From sequence record KX009778: a DNA stretch of 64,000 bases, one strand, 5' to 3'. The stretch comes from Escherichia phage UFV-AREG1. The notes below the pieces were generated by a model. The model was given only the letters and a program-made list of their open reading frames with translations, did no database searches and had not been told where the DNA came from. Position numbers and translations under genes: made by a program. Shown one piece after another: positions 32,635 through 41,930 of this stretch. Numbering within the stretch: position 1 is the first letter of the stretch; each line of letters opens with the position of its first letter.

Positions 32635-33813
32635 TTAAAAATATTTTTTAAAACTCATCATAACTTTATCATCAACATCATTATCAATCTGTGCAACAAG
32701 GTAAGATGACAGTTCTACTTCTTGCGGCGCGGATTGAACATTATCAGAATTAAGATATTCACGAATCCAAGGATATGGGTGTTTAACCGGAGCATCGGTA
32801 ATTGGGCATGGAAGACCACACTGTTTCATACGAGATACAGTTAAGTAATCAATAAAGCTCCACATGCTATTTGTATTTAATCCAGGAACATCGCCATCTT
32901 TAAATAAATGAACTGCCCAATCTTTTTCTTGGCGGTTAACTTCCATGAAAATATCAACTGCTTCTTGTTCACACTCTTGAGCAATTTTAACCCATTCATC
33001 GCCGTCAGTGCCAAGTTGAAGTTGACGAATAATATATTGGGTGCCTTTAAGGTGAAGCTGCTCATCACGTGCAATGAACTTCATAATCTTGGCATTACCT
33101 TCCATAATTTCCATGTTCTTATGGAAGTTAAAGGTACATGCGAAAGATACATAAAAACGAATAGCTTCCAATGCGTTGATTACATGCAAACAGAGGTAAA
33201 GAGATTTCATTAGCTCACGCTTCCAATATGTCTCATGCTCAATAGCATCTTCAATAACGTCTTCGTCTGCATTAATTTCTTTTTGGTATTCGATATCAGC
33301 TTTAGCGTTTTCCCAATAACGAGTTTTAATCAGAACATCATCATAATAACGTCCAATTGATTCAGCACGTTTCATAATAGCTTCATCTAATACAATCTCA
33401 TCAAACACCTTCGATGGATCAGTATAAAGATTTCGCATGATATGTGTATATGAACGGCTGTGAATAGTTTCACTAAAAGTCCACGTAGCAACCCATGTAT
33501 CAAGGCTTGGGTCTGAAATTAATGACATAAGTACAGCAGATGGCGCGCGACCCTGAATGCTATCCAAAAGTGATTGATACTTCAGGTTATTAGTAAAAAT
33601 ATTCTGCTGATACTGAGGAAGTTTATTAAATTGCGCAGCATCCATCATCAAGTTTACTTCTTCAGGACGCCAGAAAAATGATAATTGCTTTTCAGTCAAA
33701 TCTTCAAAAACTTTATGGCGTTGAATATCATAACGCGCAATACCAAGACCTGAACCGAAGAACATAGGTTCTTTTAAAACATCAACTGGATTTGTATTAA
33801 AAACTGTGCTCAT
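32635..33813 (-). CDS. nrdB: Ribonucleotide reductase small subunit NrdB, uninterrupted
   Basis: 392-aa continuous ORF with di-iron ferritin-like composition; no intron gap. Confidence 0.92.
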   Translation of the reverse strand: MSTVFNTNPVDVLKEPMFFGSGLGIARYDIQRHKVFEDLTEKQLSFFWRPEEVNLMMDAAQFNKLPQYQQNIFTNNLKYQSLLDSIQGRAPSAVLMSLISDPSLDTWVATWTFSETIHSRSYTHIMRNLYTDPSKVFDEIVLDEAIMKRAESIGRYYDDVLIKTRYWENAKADIEYQKEINADEDVIEDAIEHETYWKRELMKSLYLCLHVINALEAIRFYVSFACTFNFHKNMEIMEGNAKIMKFIARDEQLHLKGTQYIIRQLQLGTDGDEWVKIAQECEQEAVDIFMEVNRQEKDWAVHLFKDGDVPGLNTNSMWSFIDYLTVSRMKQCGLPCPITDAPVKHPYPWIREYLNSDNVQSAPQEVELSSYLVAQIDNDVDDKVMMSFKKYF

Positions 33814-33864
33814 AAATTTTCCACTTAGTTAATAGATAGTGACTCGTCCATGAGTCAAATTATA

Positions 33865-34854
33865 TCATAATTTACAGGATGAACAATCTTCAGCTTTTGG
33901 AGTTTCTATTTCATAATCATCAGTACCAGAACCATCGCGGGTATTATGATAATAGAAATTTTTTCCACCAAAATACCAAAAATACAAAAGGTCATCAATC
34001 ATTATTGACATTGGAACCTTTCCTTTTGGAAAAATCTGCGGGTCATAGTATGTATTCGCCGAAGCTGATTGACATACCCATTTCAGCATAATAGCTACCT
34101 GCGTGAGATAAGGTTTATTACCTTTCTTAGCTAATTTCCATGTATAATCATAGAGGTCTATGTTATGCTCAATATTGGGCACGACTTGATTAAAGGAGCC
34201 CTCTTTTGATTCTTTAACAGAGACTGGTCCACGTGGAGGCTCGATACCGTTTGTACTGTTAGAAACTTGGGAAGATGACTCACATGGCATAAGTGCTGAT
34301 AATGTGCTATTACGGATGCCAAAGAGCTTAAGGTCTTCCCGCAGCGACGACCAGTCACAAACGTATTTTGGAGCTGCGATTTGGTCAATCTTTTTATTGT
34401 ACCAGTCGATAGGTAATTCGCCTCGAGACCAACGAGTGTCTGAATAATATTCGCAAGGTCCTTTTTCTTTGGCGAGCTTAATGGATGCTTTAATGAGTCC
34501 ATACTGTAATCTCTCAAATAGTTCATGTGTTAAATCGTTAGCATCTTCATAAGAAGCAAAGTTACTTGCCAGCCAAGCTGCATAGTTGGTAACACCTACA
34601 CCGAGGTTACGACGCTTTTTAGCTTTTTCTGCTTCAGGAACTGGATATCCTTGGTAATCCAACAGATTATCAAGAGCACGAACTTGAACTTCTGCCAATT
34701 CATTAATTTTATCTTGGTCTTGCCAGTCAAAATTATCCAGTACGAATGCAGAGAGAGTACAAAGGCCCACTTCACCTTTGTTTTCAATAACTTGTATTGT
34801 TGTATACTCATCATCTTCGTAAAATTCATCTACAAATTCATAATCAATATTCAT
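33865..34854 (-). CDS. nrdA: Ribonucleotide reductase large subunit, C-terminal fragment (nrdA-b)
   Basis: 329 aa; NrdA C-terminus incl. CTLSAF (E. coli C462 region) and C-terminal CxxxxC tail (EDCSSCKL); own ATG overlapping HNH stop. Confidence 0.85.
   Translation of the reverse strand: MNIDYEFVDEFYEDDEYTTIQVIENKGEVGLCTLSAFVLDNFDWQDQDKINELAEVQVRALDNLLDYQGYPVPEAEKAKKRRNLGVGVTNYAAWLASNFASYEDANDLTHELFERLQYGLIKASIKLAKEKGPCEYYSDTRWSRGELPIDWYNKKIDQIAAPKYVCDWSSLREDLKLFGIRNSTLSALMPCESSSQVSNSTNGIEPPRGPVSVKESKEGSFNQVVPNIEHNIDLYDYTWKLAKKGNKPYLTQVAIMLKWVCQSASANTYYDPQIFPKGKVPMSIMIDDLLYFWYFGGKNFYYHNTRDGSGTDDYEIETPKAEDCSSCKL
34649..34761. repeat. Direct repeat A, copy 1 (113 bp, inside nrdA-b)
   Basis: Identical to 35776..35888; encodes GLCTLSAFVLDNFDWQDQDKINELAEVQVRALDNLLDYQG. 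Confidence 0.85.
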
Positions 34855-35687
34855 TTAATTCTTCTACCTTTTTTCGAGATATTCCTAGAGCTTTAGATGC
34901 TCGATGTATTGATTGATATTCTATACCGTTTATTTTTACAGCAATTAAGTTATGGGGTTTTAATCCCTTTGGATGAGGTTTACTGACGTATTCTTGATTA
35001 TCGTTTTCAGAGATGTTATCAAGCTTTCGACACTTAAAGCCTTTATGTTGAGACCTTTTGCCTTTGCATACGGCCGACATTGCCGAAGCATTGAGTGAAT
35101 GTAGTTCGCAAAATTCTCTTAGGCCTTTATGGATTTCTTCATGACCGTCCGGGAAAGTAAATACCCAAGTTGTTTGAAGTTTTTCTCTATGCTCGTCAGT
35201 TACCGGAATACCTTTGTTCCAAGCTGGTTTGCCTTTATTATTTTCAGATACAGAAATAGCCAATTTTCTTCTAAGCCACCCATGGCGTTTATTGGTGTTC
35301 TTTCGTTCAATATTATCTTCAGAATAAACACACATCATATTAGCGGCAAATACCAATTTATGATTATCTGGATATATCTTTACTAATAATTGATGAGCTA
35401 TGTAATGCTCTTCGGGTGTCAAATCTACCAGGTTTTCCTTTGTATCAGAACCACCAATACACAGAGGTATAATATGGTGTGATTCGGTATAGCAATCTAA
35501 TTTTCTGTTCTTAGCTTTAGAAATAAGGTTATTGTAAATTTTAGAATAATCCATAACTTTTCCTCTTGTTATGGATTATTTATTAACGGACTGTGTACTT
35601 TATTTGCTTTGAATTATACCGCCAGGATTAGCTTCATAAAACTTAGCTACATCCGACTTCTTAATTTTGATTAAACGGGTTTGTTGG
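34762..35687 (-). mobile_element. HNH homing-endonuclease insertion cassette splitting nrdA
   Basis: About 0.9 kb between duplicated nrdA segments, containing the HNH ORF plus a new N-terminal extension for nrdA-b. Confidence 0.7.
34844..35554 (-). CDS. HNH homing endonuclease (Mob-like) inserted in nrdA
   Basis: 236 aa; HNH motif HHIIPLCIGG...NLVDLTPEEHYIAH; C-terminal NUMOD-like GISRKKV; paralogue of ORF 6115..6807. Confidence 0.85.
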   Translation of the reverse strand: MDYSKIYNNLISKAKNRKLDCYTESHHIIPLCIGGSDTKENLVDLTPEEHYIAHQLLVKIYPDNHKLVFAANMMCVYSEDNIERKNTNKRHGWLRRKLAISVSENNKGKPAWNKGIPVTDEHREKLQTTWVFTFPDGHEEIHKGLREFCELHSLNASAMSAVCKGKRSQHKGFKCRKLDNISENDNQEYVSKPHPKGLKPHNLIAVKINGIEYQSIHRASKALGISRKKVEELNEY

Positions 35688-35774
35688 CTATTCACATCAT
35701 TTGTTGGAATAGCAATTTCACAGCACAAGTTACTCTGACGAATAGGTGCCTTTTCACGAATAAACGGAGTATAG
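35688..35774. repeat. Direct repeat B, copy 1 (87 bp)
   Basis: Identical to 35911..35997; encodes YTPFIREKAPIRQSNLCCEIAIPTNDVNS. Confidence 0.85.
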
Positions 35775-37256
35775 ACCTTGGTAATCCAACAGATTATCAA
35801 GAGCACGAACTTGAACTTCTGCCAATTCATTAATTTTATCTTGGTCTTGCCAGTCAAAATTATCCAGTACGAATGCAGAGAGAGTACACAATCCAATTTC
35901 AGCATCAGGACTATTCACATCATTTGTTGGAATAGCAATTTCACAGCACAAGTTACTCTGACGAATAGGTGCCTTTTCACGAATAAACGGAGTATAGTTA
36001 TTCGTATTATCAATGAACTGCACATAAATCCTTGCTGTTCCTGAGCGTTCAGTCATGAGCAATTCAAATAGTTCACGGGCTTTAATACGCTTTTTACGAA
36101 TATTAGGGTCTTTTTCTGCTGCTTCGTATAATTCACGGAAACGGTCTTGGTCTTTAAAATAAGAATAATAAAGCTCGCCACCCATTTCATGTGGACTGAA
36201 CAAAGTAATATAATCGTTCTTTCCGAATCGTTCCATCATCAAATCATTCAGTTGAACACCATAATCCATATGACGAATGCGGTTTTCTTCTACGCCTTTG
36301 TTATTTTTCAAAACGAGAAGATTTTCAACTTCCAAATGCCAAATAGGATAATAAGCAGTAGCAGCGCCGCCACGAATTCCACCCTGTGAACATGATTTAA
36401 CTGCAGTCTGAAAATGTTTCCAAAAAGGAATAACACCAGTATGACGTACTTCACCCATGCCAATTTTAGAACCTTCAGCACGAATCATACCAACATTAAT
36501 ACCAATTCCAGCGCGTTTAGAGATATATTCAACAATTGAAGCGGAAGCCTTATTGATAGACTTCAATGAATCTCCTGCCTCAATAACGACGCATGAACTA
36601 AACTGCCGAGTTGGAGTACGACAGCCAGCCATAATAGGAGTTGGTAATGAAATCTGTCGAGTAGATACCGCTTCATAAAAACGAATAACGTGTTTTAATC
36701 TATCAACAGGTTCATCTTGATGCAATGCCATTCCAATAGTCATAAATGCAAACTGTGGAGTTTCATAAATTTGACCAGTGGTTTTATCTTTAACGAGATA
36801 TTTTTCTTTTAATTGCATCGCCCCGGAATAAGTAAATTCCATATCCCGCTCGTGCTTAATTTTTGATTCTAAAAATGTAATTTCTTCTGCTGAATATTTT
36901 GACAGCAGTTCAGGGTCATATTTACCTTCATTTACACAGTAAGAAATATGGTCAATAAATGAACGTGGTTCATATTGTCCGTAAACATGCTTACGAAGAG
37001 CAAACATTAAACAGCGTGCAGCTACATATTGATAATCAGGTTCTTCAACCGAAATAGAATTCGCAGCGGCCTTAATGACAATAGTCTGAATATCATCAGT
37101 GGTCATTCCATCACGGAGATATGATTTAATATTTTCATATAATTCATAAGGATCTACAGATGTTCCTTCAGCTGCCCAAGATAAAACTTTAATAATTTTT
37201 TGTGGGTCAAAGCTCTGAGAAACACCACTACTTTTGATAACATTAATTAATTGCAT
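35754..37256 (-). CDS. nrdA: Ribonucleotide reductase large subunit, N-terminal fragment (nrdA-a)
   Basis: 500 aa; N-terminal ATP-cone and catalytic core incl. NLCCEIAIP (E. coli N437/C439/E441 equivalent); ends 6 codons after repeat A. Confidence 0.85.
   Translation of the reverse strand: MQLINVIKSSGVSQSFDPQKIIKVLSWAAEGTSVDPYELYENIKSYLRDGMTTDDIQTIVIKAAANSISVEEPDYQYVAARCLMFALRKHVYGQYEPRSFIDHISYCVNEGKYDPELLSKYSAEEITFLESKIKHERDMEFTYSGAMQLKEKYLVKDKTTGQIYETPQFAFMTIGMALHQDEPVDRLKHVIRFYEAVSTRQISLPTPIMAGCRTPTRQFSSCVVIEAGDSLKSINKASASIVEYISKRAGIGINVGMIRAEGSKIGMGEVRHTGVIPFWKHFQTAVKSCSQGGIRGGAATAYYPIWHLEVENLLVLKNNKGVEENRIRHMDYGVQLNDLMMERFGKNDYITLFSPHEMGGELYYSYFKDQDRFRELYEAAEKDPNIRKKRIKARELFELLMTERSGTARIYVQFIDNTNNYTPFIREKAPIRQSNLCCEIAIPTNDVNSPDAEIGLCTLSAFVLDNFDWQDQDKINELAEVQVRALDNLLDYQGLYSVYS
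35776..35888. repeat. Direct repeat A, copy 2 (113 bp, inside nrdA-a)
   Basis: Identical to 34649..34761. Confidence 0.85.
35911..35997. repeat. Direct repeat B, copy 2 (87 bp, inside nrdA-a)
   Basis: Identical to 35688..35774. Confidence 0.85.
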
Positions 37257-37573
37257 AAGTCCTCAACTTGAAAATCGTCTTTAAACAATCGGTTAACTAT
37301 ATGAGCTATTATATCACCATGACACGGCTTTGGTTTACATGTGCATCCTAGCCTCATTCCACGTAAAGGCTCTAAATGTGCTTTAGTTATTTCTCCGGAT
37401 TTAATTCGACGTATAAAATCTTTTTTGAATAATTCAATGGCAGCCTCCCGGCTGCCAGCATCTTTACCGACGTAATTTCCCCAAAATGTACCACGGTGAA
37501 TATTAACATCAAAGTCGGATTTATATTTATTCACTACCTGGCATAGACGGCCCGCGCGGTGATAATTCGTCAT
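37247..37573 (-). CDS. Hypothetical Cys-rich protein, nrdA.1-like
   Basis: 108-aa ORF; [12 protein letters not shown] motif. Confidence 0.55.
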   Translation of the reverse strand: MTNYHRAGRLCQVVNKYKSDFDVNIHRGTFWGNYVGKDAGSREAAIELFKKDFIRRIKSGEITKAHLEPLRGMRLGCTCKPKPCHGDIIAHIVNRLFKDDFQVEDLCN

Positions 37574-37790
37574 ATTGTTTTTCCGTTAATACAGTAATAT
37601 CATAGTAACAATCTGAAGAAGTTTTAACTGTGGAAATTTTATTATCAAAATACTCACGAGTCATTTTATGAGTATAATATTTTTTACCATAAATGATAAT
37701 AGGCTGTTCTGGTCCTGGAACTTCTAACTCGCTTGGGTTAGGAAGTGTAAAAAGAACAACGCCAGAAGTATCTTTAAATCGTAAAATCAT
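37527..37790 (-). CDS. Hypothetical protein, nrdA.2-like
   Basis: 87-aa ORF; start overlaps td stop. Confidence 0.45.
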   Translation of the reverse strand: MILRFKDTSGVVLFTLPNPSELEVPGPEQPIIIYGKKYYTHKMTREYFDNKISTVKTSSDCYYDITVLTEKQYDELSPRGPSMPGSE

Positions 37791-38647
37791 ATTGCCATTT
37801 TCCCTTTAATTGCCGGATGCGATTCATAATTTTCAAGGATAAAATCTTTCGGTTTCATGTATTCAGTTAACCAGTAAAGCTGTGTTTCGGTGTCACAATT
37901 TTCAAACTCTATAGGCCAATCAATTTTAAGTTCGCACAGTTCTTTAGGCTCACGACGTAAAATTTCTTTACATTGTTCTACGTGATTCATATAGATATGA
38001 GTATTACCACCAGAAAATATCAAATCTCCTGGGATAAGATTACACATCTTAGCCATAATATGCGTCAAGGCAGCGTACGAGGCAATGTTGAATGGCAAGC
38101 CCAAGAAAACATCTACACTTCTTTGGTACCACTGTAAATCAAGATAACCATTACGCACATTAAACTGATAGAACATATGACAGGGTGGTAATGCCATTTG
38201 ATTGATTTCAGCTGGATTCCATGCTGAAACGATTTGACGTCGATCAGTTGGTAATTTTTTAATACGATCAATAGTTTCAACTAATTGATCCACACCACCG
38301 AAATCACGCCATTGTTTACCATATATAGGACCCAGTTCACCACTATGATATCCTAGGTCTTTAGCTTGGTTTTCATAATTGTCATCCCAGATAGTTTTAC
38401 CTTGAATAAGACTACCGTGAGTAAGAAGACGTAAATCATTAACATTGGTAGAACCGGAAATAAACCATAAAAGCTCAGCAATGCATGCATTCCAGGCGAG
38501 CTTCTTAGTTGTTACTGCAGGAAAACCTTTACTTAAATCCCAGCGTAATTTAGTACCGAACAAAGCAATTGTTCCTGTGCCCGTTCGGTCATCGGTTTCA
38601 TAGCCATTTTCAAAAATGTCTTTAATTAAATCTTGGTATTGTTTCAT
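37787..38647 (-). CDS. td: Thymidylate synthase, intron-less
   Basis: 286-aa continuous ORF; active-site [10 protein letters not shown]; full T4 TS length without the intron. Confidence 0.95.
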   Translation of the reverse strand: MKQYQDLIKDIFENGYETDDRTGTGTIALFGTKLRWDLSKGFPAVTTKKLAWNACIAELLWFISGSTNVNDLRLLTHGSLIQGKTIWDDNYENQAKDLGYHSGELGPIYGKQWRDFGGVDQLVETIDRIKKLPTDRRQIVSAWNPAEINQMALPPCHMFYQFNVRNGYLDLQWYQRSVDVFLGLPFNIASYAALTHIMAKMCNLIPGDLIFSGGNTHIYMNHVEQCKEILRREPKELCELKIDWPIEFENCDTETQLYWLTEYMKPKDFILENYESHPAIKGKMAI

Positions 38648-38692
38648 TTAGTACCTTATATAAATTATAATACATTTTATGAAGCTAAATAA

Positions 38693-39040
38693 TCAATACG
38701 GTTTAGCATCAAATTTTCTCTCAATTTCAGGCGTGAAATATAATTCTTTACCGCGTTTGGAAAAGCGACCAATAATATGATAATTATTCTCATCAAACGT
38801 GATATTACCAATATCCATAGCTTTCAACCAAATATCGATATTTCTATCCAACTTTATGTCAAAATTCCAATACGGAGAACTATTACCGAAAATACTGCAA
38901 GCGGATTCAGTAAAACAACTACTATAAATCTTATCTTTAGGAACTACTAATTGATAGACACCTTTAATAAACTGAGGACCCTGCCATTTTGGTTGTTTCG
39001 TGTCTTTTTCTAATAGAATAGGGTAATAATTAAAATTCAT
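38693..39040 (-). CDS. Hypothetical protein inserted between frd and td
   Basis: 115-aa ORF with no recognisable motif; in T4 frd and td overlap with no gene between them. Confidence 0.55.
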   Translation of the reverse strand: MNFNYYPILLEKDTKQPKWQGPQFIKGVYQLVVPKDKIYSSCFTESACSIFGNSSPYWNFDIKLDRNIDIWLKAMDIGNITFDENNYHIIGRFSKRGKELYFTPEIERKFDAKPY

Positions 39041-39059
39041 ATTTCCGCCACGCGTTATT

Positions 39060-39886
<827 letters not shown>

Positions 39887-39896
39887 ATTATTTTCC

Positions 39897-40139
39897 TTAA
39901 ACAGACTTTTTCACATTTTTCCAATCAGCTTTAAACTGCTCGACGTCAGAATGGTAAATCCAAAATCCTGCGCTTTCTCCATCTTCATAAAGAGGACATC
40001 CATCGCATTCATCTTCCCATCCCATATCACGTAAAAGATGTTCAGCTTTTTCAACAAGTTCAGAATCTTTACCGATGATATTAAAATACCATTTACCTTT
40101 AACTTGTGAATCTTTGATGCTCTGGCGTTGTAATCTCAT
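39897..40139 (-). CDS. Hypothetical protein, frd.2-like
   Basis: 80-aa ORF. Confidence 0.5.
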   Translation of the reverse strand: MRLQRQSIKDSQVKGKWYFNIIGKDSELVEKAEHLLRDMGWEDECDGCPLYEDGESAGFWIYHSDVEQFKADWKNVKKSV

Positions 40140-40193
40140 TTTATTCTCCTTAGTTGATAGGGTAATAGTATCACACTACTACCCTGATGTAAA

Positions 40194-40559
40194 CTACTTT
40201 TTGAAAGTTTTTCGCAAAAGTTCAATAATTTCATCTACATTGTTTTCGTCAACAATGCAGTGAATTTTCGTTACGCCGGAAACCTTGTCTTCGACTTCAT
40301 CTTCTTCAGAAGTAGGTTCTTTATACTCACGAAAACAATGAAATTCGTCTTCACAAACGTTAAAGTAAAAATGCTTTCCATTTGCGCATTCAATGTGTTT
40401 TATTACTCTAAATCCATCAGCAGAGAAAGCTTCTTTAACTTCAAACCATCCGCCATTTTCTTGAATAATTTTAACTATTGCTGAATTAGAACGTGGGCGA
40501 TAATTAATAAATGTATCAATAAGTCTTGGAACAAGTTCATACTTTTTACCGATATACAT
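40194..40559 (-). CDS. Hypothetical protein, frd.3-like
   Basis: 121-aa ORF; RBS gaggaaaag. Confidence 0.5.
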   Translation of the reverse strand: MYIGKKYELVPRLIDTFINYRPRSNSAIVKIIQENGGWFEVKEAFSADGFRVIKHIECANGKHFYFNVCEDEFHCFREYKEPTSEEDEVEDKVSGVTKIHCIVDENNVDEIIELLRKTFKK

Positions 40560-40603
40560 TTTCTTTTCCTCATTTTAATAGGGGCTTGATAGCCCCTTAA
40601 TAA

Positions 40604-40831
40604 TTACTGTTCAATAAATCCTGTGTAAAATTCTACATCTTCAGCATCCATACCGTCACAGTATTCATTAACCATAAACTGTTTAAGACGATCTAAAGGA
40701 CCTTCAATAACAACTGAAACATTACAATTAGGATCATTTAGTGCGCTTATGATACTAAGTTCAGGATAACGATTACGAATAATTTCTTCAATATATTCAA
40801 AATCAACAACATCAATATCAATTTTAGCCAT
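40604..40831 (-). CDS. Hypothetical acidic protein
   Basis: 75-aa ORF downstream of a conserved early promoter. Confidence 0.5.
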   Translation of the reverse strand: MAKIDIDVVDFEYIEEIIRNRYPELSIISALNDPNCNVSVVIEGPLDRLKQFMVNEYCDGMDAEDVEFYTGFIEQ

Positions 40832-40874
40832 ATTATTTTCCTCTTTAATTATCAGCAGTATTGCCGATAGTTGT

Positions 40875-40904
40875 ATAGTACCACATTATGCTTTGGTTGT
40901 AAAC
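40875..40904 (-). promoter_or_regulatory. Conserved early promoter module (GTTTACA-17-TACTAT)
   Basis: One of four near-identical ~70-bp elements (also near 58130, 61426, 62150). Confidence 0.5.
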
Positions 40905-40921
40905 AGTTTTGTGAAAAATTT

Positions 40922-40953
40922 TTAAAATAAAAAAGGGGACCCTAGAGGTCCCC
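40922..40953 (-). terminator. Rho-independent terminator downstream of gene 32
   Basis: Hairpin ggggacc-ctaga-ggtcccc followed by T-run on minus strand. Confidence 0.65.
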
Positions 40954-40975
40954 AATTAATTAGTAATATAATCTA

Positions 40976-41881
40976 TTAAAGGTCATTCAAAAGGTCATCC
41001 AGGTCCGTGTCATCAGCACTAGATGAACTGCCAGAGCTTGAGCTCATAAAATCATCTTCAGTTTTTGTTTTGAAGTCATCAACATTGAATGCATCCAAAT
41101 CATCAGCAACTTTATCAGCTTTCTTAGCGGCAGTTGCAGCGGCACCGCCCATCACAGCAGTTCCCATAACTTGACCGAATTTAGTATTCAGTTCTTCAAA
41201 CGATTTGAATTTATCTTTAGAAGTCATTTCAGAAAGGTCAACCATTTGTTCGAACAGTTCTTTCTGGAAAGATTCATCGTCAATGTTTGGAATCGCAGAT
41301 TGATTCAGGAATTTAGATTCGTCGTAGTTACTAAATCCAGAAACTTGTTTAACTTTTAGTACAAAGTTAGCACCTTCCCACGGACAAGTTACATCAACCG
41401 GAGTTTCACCCATTTCAACATCAACCGCAATCATTGCATTGATTTTATCCCAGATTTTCTTACCGAAACGGTATTTAAATACTTTACCTTCGTTTTCTGG
41501 AGCAGCCGGGTCTTTTACTACAAGAATGTTAGCCCAGTAAGAAGTTTTGCGTTTAACAAGACTGTACTCTTTATTGTCAGTGTTGTACAAATCATTTTTA
41601 CTGATGTACTGACATACTGGGCAAGAATCGTAATCACCGTGGGTAGATGAACATGTTTCAATATACCATTTACCATTTTTCTTGAAACCGTGATTTACAA
41701 GAATTGCGAATGGTGCTTGTTCATCATTTTTAGACGGAAGAAAACGAATTACTGCTTGACCGTTACCCGCATTATCGAGTTTCAGTTTCCACTCGCCTTT
41801 ATCTTCAGAAGAAAAACCTTTATTGCCATTCAGTTTAGCCATTTGTGCAGCAAGTTCAGCAGTAGATTTACGTTTAAACAT
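40976..41881 (-). CDS. 32: Single-stranded DNA-binding protein gp32
   Basis: 301 aa; zinc-binding [10 protein letters not shown]; acidic C-terminal tail. Confidence 0.95.
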
Positions 41882-41930
41882 TTTATTTCCTTTTTAATTT
41901 AATTAACAGTTGGTGCTATGACACTTTACC

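Noticed and set aside
34596-34896. ORFs 34596..34829 (-) and 34651..34896 (+) inside nrdA-b and the HNH 3' end
   Set aside because: Out-of-frame translations of repeat A; the same peptide string recurs in ORF 35600..35905 purely because the DNA is duplicated.
34762-35687. HNH cassette as a group I intron or intein
   Set aside because: The downstream nrdA fragment has its own ATG and N-terminal extension and the upstream one ends in a stop; no intein splicing motifs in frame and no evidence of intron RNA structure. A free-standing endonuclease insertion fits better, though intron-like RNA structure was not computationally excluded.
35600-35905. 101-aa ORF spanning repeat A2 and B1
   Set aside because: Not an independent gene: it starts inside nrdA-a in another frame and reads B1 in the NrdA frame. 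Interpreted as a relic of a donor nrdA-a C-terminus, not a current CDS.
37787-38647. Group I intron in td or nrdB
   Set aside because: Both ORFs are continuous at full length, so no intron is present; the only insertion in the nucleotide-metabolism cluster is the HNH cassette in nrdA.
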